This document shows, piece by piece, positions 33,888 to 43,009 of a DNA stretch of 64,000 nucleotides. The DNA is from a virus: the IMG/VR virus record IMGVR_UViG_3300030616_000016, positions 70,561-134,560 of that record; one strand, given 5' to 3'. The notes under the pieces were generated by a model, which worked only from the letters and a program-made list of their open reading frames with translations, did not search any database and was not told the origin of the DNA. Position numbers and translations under genes: made by a program. Each line of letters opens with the position of its first letter. Within the stretch, counting starts at the first letter, position 1.

Positions 33888-35558
33888 TTAGTTTATAAGG
33901 CAAAACAGATACTTCTGAATTCTGTCACTGCCTGTTGCATATTCGTCTATCAGGCGATATAAGAGCTTGTCCCAGCCTTTAGATAGCATCAACTGCATTA
34001 CAGTGATGTATATCCTTGTTCCAGACCTCTTACCACTATTTGCATATATTCCATCATCAGATAGCTTACGACTGCATGCATGAGTATTTGTCTGGTGGCT
34101 GAACTTATCTAATACTATCCAGAACACTTTCCCAGACCATGCCTCAACTGTCTGTCCGTTATAAGTATGCTTTTGTGGCTTGCATTCTTTTATAAGAGCA
34201 GATGGTATATTCCCATCTTCTCCTTCTAGAAAGTGAGGAACGGGCGCCGGCCCTGATTCCTCTGCAATATTATTAAGCATAGCTTCTACTATCTGACCTG
34301 GATTCCTACGCTTTAGAGTTGCAAGAGCGTTGGTTACCACTTCTGCTGGTTTGCCATCTATCTTAGGCATTTGCTCGTCTGGTATAATATTTACTATACC
34401 TTTATTACCGTGACGATTTGTAATTTTGTCGCCACTTCTGAGAATATGAAATCTCTCGTATTCGACAATAAGTTTTGTACAAACTGTGTTTGCTACTTTT
34501 GTTCTTATCTCACTGATATTAGACAGTTTAGCTTCACGCTTGACATGACATTTAAGCGTGATTGTTTCTTCTCCATCAGAATAAGAACCAATTATCTGAT
34601 TTGGTCTTACAATGTCTCCGGCTTTGGCTTCCATCTTTAGGCTTTGTTTGCACCATCCTGGTACTACGAATGTCTGTTTCTCAGGAATGACACATGTCAT
34701 TTTTCTAGCTGCTGACTTACTCATAACAATCTGTTCTTTGTATACACCAGGCATGATTGCATGAACTGTAAGTAAGTGCTTGCCATTAAGATTGTTATCA
34801 TAATCTTCTGGAAACACCATAGGTTTATCTGGACTAACTAGCTTGCTGGAAGCCTTGAAATTAGATGCAGTGGTTCTGCGGCGATTATATTCTGGTACAA
34901 TAAGATTCTTATTGAGTATATCGCAATAAACCCGACCTCTTTTGGTGAAGCATCCAATATCGTTTATTTTGCATTCTTCAGCCATGTACATTGTGCGACC
35001 ACAATTCCCCGATGACTGACTTATACTTGTCCAATCAAGAATGCCTTCTGTATTGAATGGCATAAATTCATCCGTTCGTTCTTGAAATAGCTCTAATGAT
35101 ATTTTGGGTCCATAGTGAGTAGCTATTCCCTTTACGACATGAGATAATCTTGAAGTTTTAAGTAAATTATCGAGCTTCATTTGAGCTGTGGTAGAATCTT
35201 CTTGATGTCCGAACATAAAGAAGTCTGACAGTTGTGTAGCATATGCTTGCTTAATGAATTTAAGAAGAAGCTCGTATGGTGTTGATAAATATGTGTGATT
35301 AATATTCATACATCTGTTATTAAAGATTGGCATTGGATTAAGTGTATAGCATAATTGCCGGCTTATTCCATTTACAGAAAACATACCCTTGTTATCAATC
35401 TTAGGTATATTTAGTTTTACGACTGTTTGCATGCTCTGGGATGCCTCTTTAACAAGCATTTTTGTATGAAATAGGTCATCATATTCTTCTATATGACAGT
35501 CAACAGGCAAACAATTACATATAGGAAACAATCTTGCAAGATGAGACTTATTCATCAT
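33888..35558 (-). CDS. Multisubunit RNA polymerase beta-like subunit, C-terminal fragment
   Basis: RSGDKITNRHGNKGIVNIIPDEQMPKIDGKPAEVVTNALATLKRRNPGQIVEAML is collinear with the RpoB GDK..RHGNKG...DMP...NP...R.N.GQ region. Confidence 0.75.
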   Translation of the reverse strand: MMNKSHLARLFPICNCLPVDCHIEEYDDLFHTKMLVKEASQSMQTVVKLNIPKIDNKGMFSVNGISRQLCYTLNPMPIFNNRCMNINHTYLSTPYELLLKFIKQAYATQLSDFFMFGHQEDSTTAQMKLDNLLKTSRLSHVVKGIATHYGPKISLELFQERTDEFMPFNTEGILDWTSISQSSGNCGRTMYMAEECKINDIGCFTKRGRVYCDILNKNLIVPEYNRRRTTASNFKASSKLVSPDKPMVFPEDYDNNLNGKHLLTVHAIMPGVYKEQIVMSKSAARKMTCVIPEKQTFVVPGWCKQSLKMEAKAGDIVRPNQIIGSYSDGEETITLKCHVKREAKLSNISEIRTKVANTVCTKLIVEYERFHILRSGDKITNRHGNKGIVNIIPDEQMPKIDGKPAEVVTNALATLKRRNPGQIVEAMLNNIAEESGPAPVPHFLEGEDGNIPSALIKECKPQKHTYNGQTVEAWSGKVFWIVLDKFSHQTNTHACSRKLSDDGIYANSGKRSGTRIYITVMQLMLSKGWDKLLYRLIDEYATGSDRIQKYLFCLIN

Positions 35559-37074
35559 TATCTTTCTCCAATACTAGGACTCTGTCCCTGAGATACTTGA
35601 TGAGTTGATTTTTGTCTTCGTTATTCAGTACATTCATGATGTGTTCTATGGCTAGAGTATAGAAAGCGTCGCCTTCTACCATGCTTAGTCTAGGATCAAA
35701 CACTGCATAGAATATAGAATTCTCTGCGTCTACTATATCATTAATTAACTTAGGGTTATCCCTATTATATAGTAGATTAAGATATGGCTCGACTTGTTCT
35801 ACGTCTATCTCACAATCTTTAAGTATTTCGCGAGCTACGTTTATGTCGCTAATACCATCATTTTTAAGTACTTTAATGAGACTGACATATGATTCATCAA
35901 GTTTATGTTTAGAATCAAATAGGCGCTGGTTTGCTTGTTCTGATAGCTTATCTGCAGCTTTGGCTATTTCTATATTGCCATCTGCCAATACTCTTGCACG
36001 ACATGCTGCGGCTCCAGCCTTGCCAATCTCTGATTTCTGGAGAATGAGGCCTTTTGCAACCTTGATGTCGTCTTCTCGTATTTCAGATAAGGACTTGCCT
36101 TTAAAGAATCCTGTAAGGTCCTTAACGTCAATGTCTTCTGCATTACACATGGCTTTTATTGTCTCAGAATTTTCTGTGTCAATAAGGTCATGTGGTCCAA
36201 TTACTCTGAATTTTGAGATTCTTTTTACACCATCATCTATTATGTTTTCCAAGTCAGGGGTTTCTTCTTGATTATCGATAAGAAACTCTTTGTCCCACTT
36301 TGTTGTGGACCAGTCTTCTTCTATATCAATATCAGGATACCCAAGTACTGTTTCAATTAGATCTCCATCGGAATCAGCACCCATGCCATCAGTAATAATG
36401 GGATGAATAATGATCCTGTTGGATTTAGTAGGAAGTATGTATAACTTGCGCATAGAATCGTTGTGTAGCAAGGGATTTCTGAATGCAATTACATAAGGCT
36501 TCCCTTCTGTATTGGACTCTTCTTTCCTTTCTTTCCACTTTTCTATGAACTTGACATATATATGCTGAGGTAATTTTATGTGGTCATAAGGCATTCTGAA
36601 GTCGGTAGCAATATGGCCTTTACCAGAATATAATGCTCTGAAACCAAGGATATATGTATTAAACAATCCTGATTTACCGACCAGCTCTTTAGCCATTATT
36701 TTCCATACTCTTTCAGCACTATCTTCCACTACTTCTGTGTCAATATTGCCAATACCAAGTTGGCTAATTGACACAAGTAGTTTTTCTGTAGCGATTTGTA
36801 TATCATTTAATACTATGTGCCCGGCTACTGGTCCTGGCATATTCATATTAGGGATTATTACTTTTTGAACCTTCTTGCCGAAGTAATTATTTATTTCAAT
36901 CGGCAAGTGTACATACCCGCCATACTGAAGTACATCTTCATCAAGTATGGTGTTTTTGAGGTTCTTATTAAGTAAATCCGGTTTTGAAATGATCGCTTTT
37001 GTTGTATTCGAAAATAGATTTCTTCGTATCTGTATATTACCACACTGTTTCGATAAACTCGTCAGATTCATCAT
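35548..37074 (-). CDS. Multisubunit RNA polymerase beta-prime-like subunit, N-terminal fragment
   Basis: LVGKSGLFNTYILGFRALYSGKG, AFRNPLLHNDSM (NRxPxLH) and ITDGMGADSDGDLIE (variant of the catalytic NADFDGD). Confidence 0.7.
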   Translation of the reverse strand: MMNLTSLSKQCGNIQIRRNLFSNTTKAIISKPDLLNKNLKNTILDEDVLQYGGYVHLPIEINNYFGKKVQKVIIPNMNMPGPVAGHIVLNDIQIATEKLLVSISQLGIGNIDTEVVEDSAERVWKIMAKELVGKSGLFNTYILGFRALYSGKGHIATDFRMPYDHIKLPQHIYVKFIEKWKERKEESNTEGKPYVIAFRNPLLHNDSMRKLYILPTKSNRIIIHPIITDGMGADSDGDLIETVLGYPDIDIEEDWSTTKWDKEFLIDNQEETPDLENIIDDGVKRISKFRVIGPHDLIDTENSETIKAMCNAEDIDVKDLTGFFKGKSLSEIREDDIKVAKGLILQKSEIGKAGAAACRARVLADGNIEIAKAADKLSEQANQRLFDSKHKLDESYVSLIKVLKNDGISDINVAREILKDCEIDVEQVEPYLNLLYNRDNPKLINDIVDAENSIFYAVFDPRLSMVEGDAFYTLAIEHIMNVLNNEDKNQLIKYLRDRVLVLEKDNDE

Positions 37075-37417
37075 CTATGTCTCCGTCTTCAATTTTTGTT
37101 TTATACCAGAAAGATATTGTATCATTTCCATAGTTCTTTCCAGGGATTCTGGAACCATGGAGTTCTCCGAATGCTGCGTTGCTTTCGCAACTCCAGGGAA
37201 GATTTATATGCATCTTATTCTTTAATCTTCCGTCTTCGGCTCTTTCTAACTTTCTGACTTTAACAAAAACTGGAACAGGCACGTATACAGAACCATCTTC
37301 TTCCTTTTTAACTGGCAATCCGCATATTTTGCCCTCTTGATCCTTTGAACTTGTGAATCTTACTGCTTGATCGATAATCTCAGTGAAGCGCTGATTAGGC
37401 TTGAGAAACGTTAGCAA
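37037..37417 (-). CDS. Hypothetical protein
   Basis: 126-aa ORF upstream of the RNAP genes. Confidence 0.45.
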   Translation of the reverse strand: MLTFLKPNQRFTEIIDQAVRFTSSKDQEGKICGLPVKKEEDGSVYVPVPVFVKVRKLERAEDGRLKNKMHINLPWSCESNAAFGELHGSRIPGKNYGNDTISFWYKTKIEDGDIDDESDEFIETVW

Positions 37418-37525
37418 TTGGCAACTCCTTACGTCTTTTTTGAGGTAGGAAGGGAATAAAAAGAGCTGGAATACTTACCAATAAAGGTAAATATTCCAGC
37501 TCAATCCATGTTTGGAGACATTGGA

Positions 37526-38344
37526 TTAGATTTCGTCGACGCTGAACTCTCCGACAACACCACTGTTACTTGCACTGAGTACATCAGACGGATCTCCAAT
37601 GAGAATATCGTCTGTAGCAACGTTATTGTCGCTGTTTGACCTTGCATTATTGTTACCATACATGATCCTATCGATCACTATACGGTGGAACAGAGGTTGT
37701 ACAATTGCTCTTTCATTATTGTCTCCGACCCATCCTTCGAGGGTCTCAGCAGGACCTGGATCTGATTCCAGATGACCAATAATATAGGAGCGAGGAGAAT
37801 CTTCGATATTGAGTCGATGCTCACGACGCATGATATGAATCCATGCAGGAACGTCATCAAGTGACTTTCCCATGATGACACGAGACTTACTATTATGGTA
37901 AGGCTTGGCCTCACCTTTGGCAATAATTGATCCGGCACACTGAGTAGAATGACGTGTCTGCGGGATTTCTTCATCCGCAACAGTTACGATTCCGTCTACA
38001 TAATTAAGCCTGAATCCTTCCTTGGTAACTACGTTTCCTTCCTCATCAGTAGCCTTTATAACTTTACCATCTTCAGTATTGTATGTAAAGGGCATATCGA
38101 TGATTTTGGAGCGCATATTGCCAATTACAATGACGTATTCGCCATGTTTGATCTCGCGTTTTGATACTACCTGAATGATGTTTTCAAAGAAAGAACCACC
38201 ATTGCGAGCCCTCCGTTTTGCAGATACAGTCGACAGAAAACCGAGTCCGTCAATGTGAATCCCACCAAAGCTCTGACCGATAACGGTTACACCCACACTG
38301 GGTCTATCCGCATTGTTTGCACTATTGTTCCTTGTAATGAACAT
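37526..38344 (-). CDS. Hypothetical protein with acidic C-terminal tip
   Basis: 272-aa ORF, relatively GC-rich, ending GEFSVDEI. An SSB-like role is only a guess. Confidence 0.55.
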   Translation of the reverse strand: MFITRNNSANNADRPSVGVTVIGQSFGGIHIDGLGFLSTVSAKRRARNGGSFFENIIQVVSKREIKHGEYVIVIGNMRSKIIDMPFTYNTEDGKVIKATDEEGNVVTKEGFRLNYVDGIVTVADEEIPQTRHSTQCAGSIIAKGEAKPYHNSKSRVIMGKSLDDVPAWIHIMRREHRLNIEDSPRSYIIGHLESDPGPAETLEGWVGDNNERAIVQPLFHRIVIDRIMYGNNNARSNSDNNVATDDILIGDPSDVLSASNSGVVGEFSVDEI

Positions 38345-38446
38345 GTGCTAACTCCTTCCTACAAATAAGATTAGAACGATTACCAACACAAAATATTCAC
38401 AACTATACACACCAATACAAGCTGAACAAAAGTCAAATTGGGACAA

Positions 38447-38770
38447 TTATTCCATGATTTTAATGTGTGGTTTGGTTATTTTCTCGAACCTTACGTTGTC
38501 TTGATATAAAGTTGTATCAGTTAAATCAGGCTTTTCTTTTGGCTTTTCATCCTTGTTTTCTTTGCCATTTATGGTGACTTCGAAGCGTTTTAACATGCTT
38601 TTAGGAAGCACTTCTCTTGCTACTTTTCTGTATAATTCTGCCTCCTGAGGCTTGGTTTTCATTAGTTTAACAAGAGATGACATGGCTTTATCATGGCCAT
38701 TTTCTTTGAGTTCTTTTACCAAGTTTTCGTACTTTTCTCTTGCTTTCTGCTTCTTTTCTGCGCGTGTCAT
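38447..38770 (-). CDS. Lys-rich small protein
   Basis: MTRAEKKQKAREKYENLVKELKENG... Confidence 0.45.
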   Translation of the reverse strand: MTRAEKKQKAREKYENLVKELKENGHDKAMSSLVKLMKTKPQEAELYRKVAREVLPKSMLKRFEVTINGKENKDEKPKEKPDLTDTTLYQDNVRFEKITKPHIKIME

Positions 38771-38936
38771 TGACTGCTCCTAAAAAATAGATACTGTTTT
38801 TGGTGTCACAAATTTCCAACTAGTTCGACACCAATATTGCTACTAGGATTGAAATTGCCAGAAATCCCCTTATTATAATAGGATTTCTTACACCTCTAGT
38901 GCCAGTTGCCCCAAACGGTTAGTTTTTGAGCAAAAA

Positions 38937-39185
38937 TTATTTTTTGTTCATTTTTATAGACTTCATATTGAACACAAGAACTTCGTCTTTATCAGAGATT
39001 CTTGTGTCAAGATCGTCTACTATTACACCATTCAGAATAACAATTCCATCTTTAGCAATTTGATTTACTTCTGACTTCTTCATTCCCTTAGATAGTAAAT
39101 CAAGAATAGTTGCTTGCTTTTTGACACGTATATCCTCAGATCTACTGACAAGAATACGTGCGCCAACTCTTAGACGTACCTTCAT
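38937..39185 (-). CDS. Small beta-grasp (ThiS/MoaD-like) or S4-like protein without terminal GG
   Basis: IVILNGVIVDDLDTRISDKDEVLVF parallels VRVNGDAADLDTVLDNGDIVVL of the Ubl at 10685-10900. It ends ...NMKSIKMNKK. Confidence 0.4.
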   Translation of the reverse strand: MKVRLRVGARILVSRSEDIRVKKQATILDLLSKGMKKSEVNQIAKDGIVILNGVIVDDLDTRISDKDEVLVFNMKSIKMNKK

Positions 39186-39254
39186 GTTGCACCCTCAGTG
39201 TATTTTATGATTATCTTGTAGATTAGCATAATCATATTATAGCACATCCAGATG

Positions 39255-39737
39255 CTAAGTCCAACGAAATAATTTTGAATCTAGAAACAGATGCACTAAC
39301 CATCCGATGGACATAGAGATACAAATTAAAAGAATATTTACAAGTTCTTCGTCTGTATCTTTCCTTAAACAGTATACCATGACAAACGCTATTGTAGGGC
39401 AAAGTATAGCAAAGACTTGTGAATGCATGTATCCACGGTGTTTTGAAGTTTGTGGAAGCAGTGCACATATTGCTACTATATTGGCAATAGCATGTTGTTT
39501 AACAATGAACATGATTAGAAGCGCCAGACAAACAAAACGATTGAACCATCTTTGTGGAATGGATCCAATGTCGAGGTCTGGGATTAGTGAACCACTGAAT
39601 GTGAACAAGCCGCACGCTATTGCTATATCTGGTTTATGACATAAATAGTATGCGCCTGTAGATGTAGCAATGGAAGTTAGTACTCCCATACTACAATGTG
39701 CTTTGAAATTCATTGTCATTCTCCAATTAGAACACAT
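39255..39737 (-). CDS. Membrane-bound metal-dependent hydrolase (YdjM/DUF457-like)
   Basis: Four hydrophobic helices. LIPDLDIGS and SKHRGYMHS match the family PD-x-D ... HRG-x-x-HS motifs. Confidence 0.55.
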   Translation of the reverse strand: MCSNWRMTMNFKAHCSMGVLTSIATSTGAYYLCHKPDIAIACGLFTFSGSLIPDLDIGSIPQRWFNRFVCLALLIMFIVKQHAIANIVAICALLPQTSKHRGYMHSQVFAILCPTIAFVMVYCLRKDTDEELVNILLICISMSIGWLVHLFLDSKLFRWT

Positions 39738-40083
39738 TGCCTTCCATATCGCTTGCCCATCGACTTACTATATCTTCTGATTCTTCAAGACTCATCTGAG
39801 TAATACGGGCAATTAGTATGACTGTAGCGTTAGATACTTCTTTGTCATTACTAACATTTTTGCCTATATTGTCCTTAAATGAATTTTCAATGAACTTAAG
39901 TGCCTGTTCTTTATCAGCTTCATAGGCGCTTTTTATTATCATGAACGCCGCGTCTATGTTTCTCATCATAGCAAGAAGTATTTTCTGATTATCCAGGTTA
40001 TAGATCATATCATAGCCGATGCTTCTTGCAATTTCTTCCATAAGTTTATTTTTGCATTCTGACATTTTGCTACTCCTTCTCAT
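39727..40083 (-). CDS. Hypothetical protein
   Basis: Co-directional 118-aa ORF. Confidence 0.45.
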   Translation of the reverse strand: MRRSSKMSECKNKLMEEIARSIGYDMIYNLDNQKILLAMMRNIDAAFMIIKSAYEADKEQALKFIENSFKDNIGKNVSNDKEVSNATVILIARITQMSLEESEDIVSRWASDMEGNVF

Positions 40084-40414
40084 CTTCGTTTACTAAGTGT
40101 GGGAATTTATTCACAATTATCTTGCATTGTAGTACTGACTCAAGTTTTCTGATTGTGTCCTTTGTTGTACATACTTCTAAACCGATTGATCTGTCGCCGC
40201 ATAAGTAGAACTGATCGTTTGCTTTTAGTAAGGTACCAGCAGCAAATGCAACGCTCTTATCTTCTTTCTCATCAAGAAGCTCGTCGCTTCTGGTTAAGTG
40301 ATTAAGATTATATTCAATGAATCGCATATCGCCACCTGTTGTTTCAAGAAACTTTATAACGATATTGTTCTTTCTATGAATATCTTCCACCGATAGTATC
40401 TTTTTATTGTGCAT
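40070..40414 (-). CDS. Hypothetical protein
   Basis: Co-directional 114-aa ORF. Confidence 0.45.
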   Translation of the reverse strand: MHNKKILSVEDIHRKNNIVIKFLETTGGDMRFIEYNLNHLTRSDELLDEKEDKSVAFAAGTLLKANDQFYLCGDRSIGLEVCTTKDTIRKLESVLQCKIIVNKFPHLVNEDEKE

Positions 40415-40598
40415 TACCTTGCTCCTTGAAATCTTTATTGGTTATCATGTTACCATTTGCTCTATCTTTTGGAGGTACATAATTATGGTTTAGGGCCTCA
40501 TTTTTTGTAATGCCATGCTCCAATTCTACTCTATTCCAATCTATAAGATCTGATATGCTACTTAGAAAACGTACTGAATCATTTTTATCTTGCGACAT
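40404..40598 (-). CDS. Hypothetical small protein
   Basis: Co-directional 64-aa ORF. Confidence 0.35.
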   Translation of the reverse strand: MSQDKNDSVRFLSSISDLIDWNRVELEHGITKNEALNHNYVPPKDRANGNMITNKDFKEQGNAQ

Positions 40599-40631
40599 CT
40601 TTATCTCCGATAATAATTCATTCTATACATA

Positions 40632-40974
40632 TGGTATATTTATTCTTCGTGATTCATTCGTTTGGCATGGTATTTCAATTTGCTTGATTCGCTAATGAGT
40701 AGTGGTGTTTCAATATTTTTGGCTCATTTTAATACTTTGTTCTATTCTTTCATATGATTCATTCCTTGGTCCTGGTATTTTAGGGCTGATGGCTCATTCA
40801 GTACAATTGGTATTTTCGTGTTCATAATTCATTCTTGTTGTTTGGTATTTCCACCAAGATGACTCATTCTAATAAAGTGGTTGTTCAAATAAAGTGATTC
40901 ATTCTTCCACGTTGATGTATTCAATTGCATAGTTCATTCTTTTCTTGTGATATTTCGTGTAGATTGATTCATTC
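40632..40974 (+). repeat. Array L: 10 phased units of a 35-bp bipartite repeat
   Basis: TGGTATTTC-N9-GATTCATTC-N8. The A boxes fall at 40668, 40703, 40738 ... 40948, exactly 35 bp apart. The N segments are unrelated to each other. No ORF. Confidence 0.9.
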
Positions 40975-41610
40975 ATGAAAACTATGATATTCACTCCAGA
41001 ATAACTTTTCTCTGTAATCCTTACATGCTTTCATGTATTCTTCTAAAGTCTGTAGAAATGATTTCTGTTCTTTTCTATTGTATGTTATAGGCATAGGAGG
41101 AAATCTTTTTATATATTCCTCTTGCTTTTTCTTTTGTATCTTCTTACGCCTATTTTTTCTTGCAAGTTTTCTTCTTGCTTTCATGCGTTGTGTTTTATTA
41201 AGTTGTACAATTTCACTTGTAATTGTTCTTCTATGAATAATCCACGATTTCCTAAGTTCTTGTTTAAATTCCTTAAAGAAATCCCATTCTTCTATAGCTC
41301 TGATTTTTCTTTTGAGACGCCTTCTTATTTTAATCCTTGATTTTCTAATGTGATTAAGTGTGAATATTTTACTACTTATATCTTTGGGCTCATGTTTATC
41401 GAATCCTGGTATCCAGTTATATTCACACCATAGGGTAAGATCTTTTGTAATTTGTTGAACATGCTCGTAATCTGGTTTTACATAATATGTTCTATATTCT
41501 GGAAGATAATGATTGTTTCTTTGTTCTTCAACGAGTTTGTTTGCTACAATAATTACGCAGCCTTTTAGTGATTTTATTAGATGTTCTCTAACAGATTTTG
41601 TTCGATTCAT
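40969..41610 (-). CDS. Highly basic protein flanked by the repeat arrays (candidate array-binding / initiator protein)
   Basis: 213 aa with long Arg/Lys runs (IRKSRIKIRRRLKRKIR; KARRKLARKNRRKKIQKKKQ). Its stop lies inside the last repeat unit of array L. Confidence 0.55.
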   Translation of the reverse strand: MNRTKSVREHLIKSLKGCVIIVANKLVEEQRNNHYLPEYRTYYVKPDYEHVQQITKDLTLWCEYNWIPGFDKHEPKDISSKIFTLNHIRKSRIKIRRRLKRKIRAIEEWDFFKEFKQELRKSWIIHRRTITSEIVQLNKTQRMKARRKLARKNRRKKIQKKKQEEYIKRFPPMPITYNRKEQKSFLQTLEEYMKACKDYREKLFWSEYHSFHE

Positions 41611-41637
41611 TTAGTTTATCCTTATATACAATATGCT

Positions 41638-42030
41638 TTAGAACAAAAACCTTACGTTTGGATACTCCTTGAGACATTCAAGACCGGGTTTGATTACTTC
41701 CTGGAAGATATTATATCTGTTAGCTAGCCCGCCACCTAATCTGCTAATTAAGAAGATATAATCATCATATTCTTCTATTCTTCTCTCTAGCTTGGCTAGT
41801 TCTGTTTGGAATTTAGGCTTATATTCTTCTGGCTTATAAAAGCTACCGTCATTGTTATTAGGCGCCTTCTTTGTTACGAATCCATATGTATTTGGCATAT
41901 CACGCAGCTTAGCAGCTCCGCCATATCCCTTATGTAATAGATTGTCGCCAAATACAAATATTTCATATCTATGTCTCTTTAAATAGGCCCTTGTTATTTT
42001 TGTCTCACCGCCGCTTCTATTAGATTCCAT
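41638..42030 (-). CDS. Hypothetical protein (FVFGDN...GYGGAA...LGGGLAN motifs)
   Basis: 130-aa ORF with conserved-looking Gly-rich motifs. Family not named with confidence. Confidence 0.5.
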   Translation of the reverse strand: MESNRSGGETKITRAYLKRHRYEIFVFGDNLLHKGYGGAAKLRDMPNTYGFVTKKAPNNNDGSFYKPEEYKPKFQTELAKLERRIEEYDDYIFLISRLGGGLANRYNIFQEVIKPGLECLKEYPNVRFLF

Positions 42031-42079
42031 TTATATCTCCCTTAATAAATTTGAGCCGCAATTATTACGCAGGATTCAA

Positions 42080-42298
42080 TTGAGAGCAGAGGTAGTTGGT
42101 GTCCAATGTCTGTTGGTCAATCCTGCTTACACATCCCAGACTTGTTCAAAGTGTGGTTATGTCCACAAGCTCAATCGGAATGGTGAGATATTTAATTGCA
42201 GGAATTGTGGCTGCAAAGGGGATGCTGATTTAAATGCATCTCGAAATATCTTGAATCTTGGATTGGCTCAGGAGTCTATAGTCCCTGAAAAAACATAA
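42080..42298 (+). pseudogene. TnpB/OrfB C-terminal relic (zinc finger and RuvC-III only)
   Basis: NPAYTSQTCSKCGYVHKLNRNGEIFNCRNCGCKGDADLNASRNILNLG corresponds to the last ~70 aa of TnpB. The N-terminal ~300 aa are missing. Its sequence differs from the intact tnpB. Confidence 0.7.
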
Positions 42299-42329
42299 AA
42301 GAATATTCCTCTATAAATATTCTAACTAT

Positions 42330-42916
42330 TGGTGTTTTCCTTTTTGTGATTCATTCATTATAACTGATGTTTCTATAAGTGTGATTCATTCTTTAATAAT
42401 GGTAATTTAATGGCTTTGATTCATTTTTCCCCAATGGTATTTCTTATGTAATTATTCATTCTTTATACTTGATATTGTGACTACATTGATTCATTTGTAT
42501 GGACTGGTATTTCATATTTAGTGATTCACTCACTTATTTTGGTATTTCCATGGGTGTGGTTCATTCCGGCATGATGGTACTTCTAGGCAATTAATTCATT
42601 CTTATAGTCTGGTACATTGTCCTATCTGATTCATTCCTTCTTTATGGTATTTCGTGACTGATAATTCATTCTGTTCAGCTGGTATTTTGGAGCTTATGAT
42701 TCGTTCGCAATTAATGGTACTTTCTGATTTATAACTCATTTTCTCCGAATGGTATTTCAGATTGAGTGATTCATTTGTTCATGTTGAATTATTGTGCAAA
42801 GTGATTCATTCTCGCGACATGGTATTTTGGGGCTAATGATTCATTCATAATATATGATATTTTTTGGATAATGATTCGTTCATGTTGCATGGTAATTCTA
42901 GGACGCTGACTCGCTC
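42330..42916 (+). repeat. Array R: 17 phased units of the same 35-bp bipartite repeat
   Basis: The A boxes fall at 42330 + 35n for n = 0 to 16, without a single indel. Same orientation as array L. Core consensus TGGTATTTC / GATTCATTC. Confidence 0.9.
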
Positions 42917-43009
42917 CAAGGGCTTGTAATCTTAACGGATTTGGCTTATGCTATTTATTAGTAAAACAGGGCAAGCCATTGTAGCTTGCCCTGTAATATA
43001 TTCTTCATA

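Noticed and set aside
37526-38344. Calling this gene a single-stranded DNA-binding protein because of its acidic C-terminal tip (FSVDEI).
   Set aside because: I could not recognise any OB-fold motif by eye, and the acidic tail alone is weak evidence. It is left as hypothetical.
40632-42916. CRISPR array interpretation of the 35-bp repeats, prompted by the neighbouring TnpB/Cas12-like fragment.
   Set aside because: The period is only 35 bp. Only two 9-nt boxes are conserved, separated by 8-9 variable nt, so there is no 25-37-nt repeat and no spacer of useful length. No intact effector is adjacent, only a ~70-aa relic on the same strand. A protein-binding (iteron-like) array fits better.
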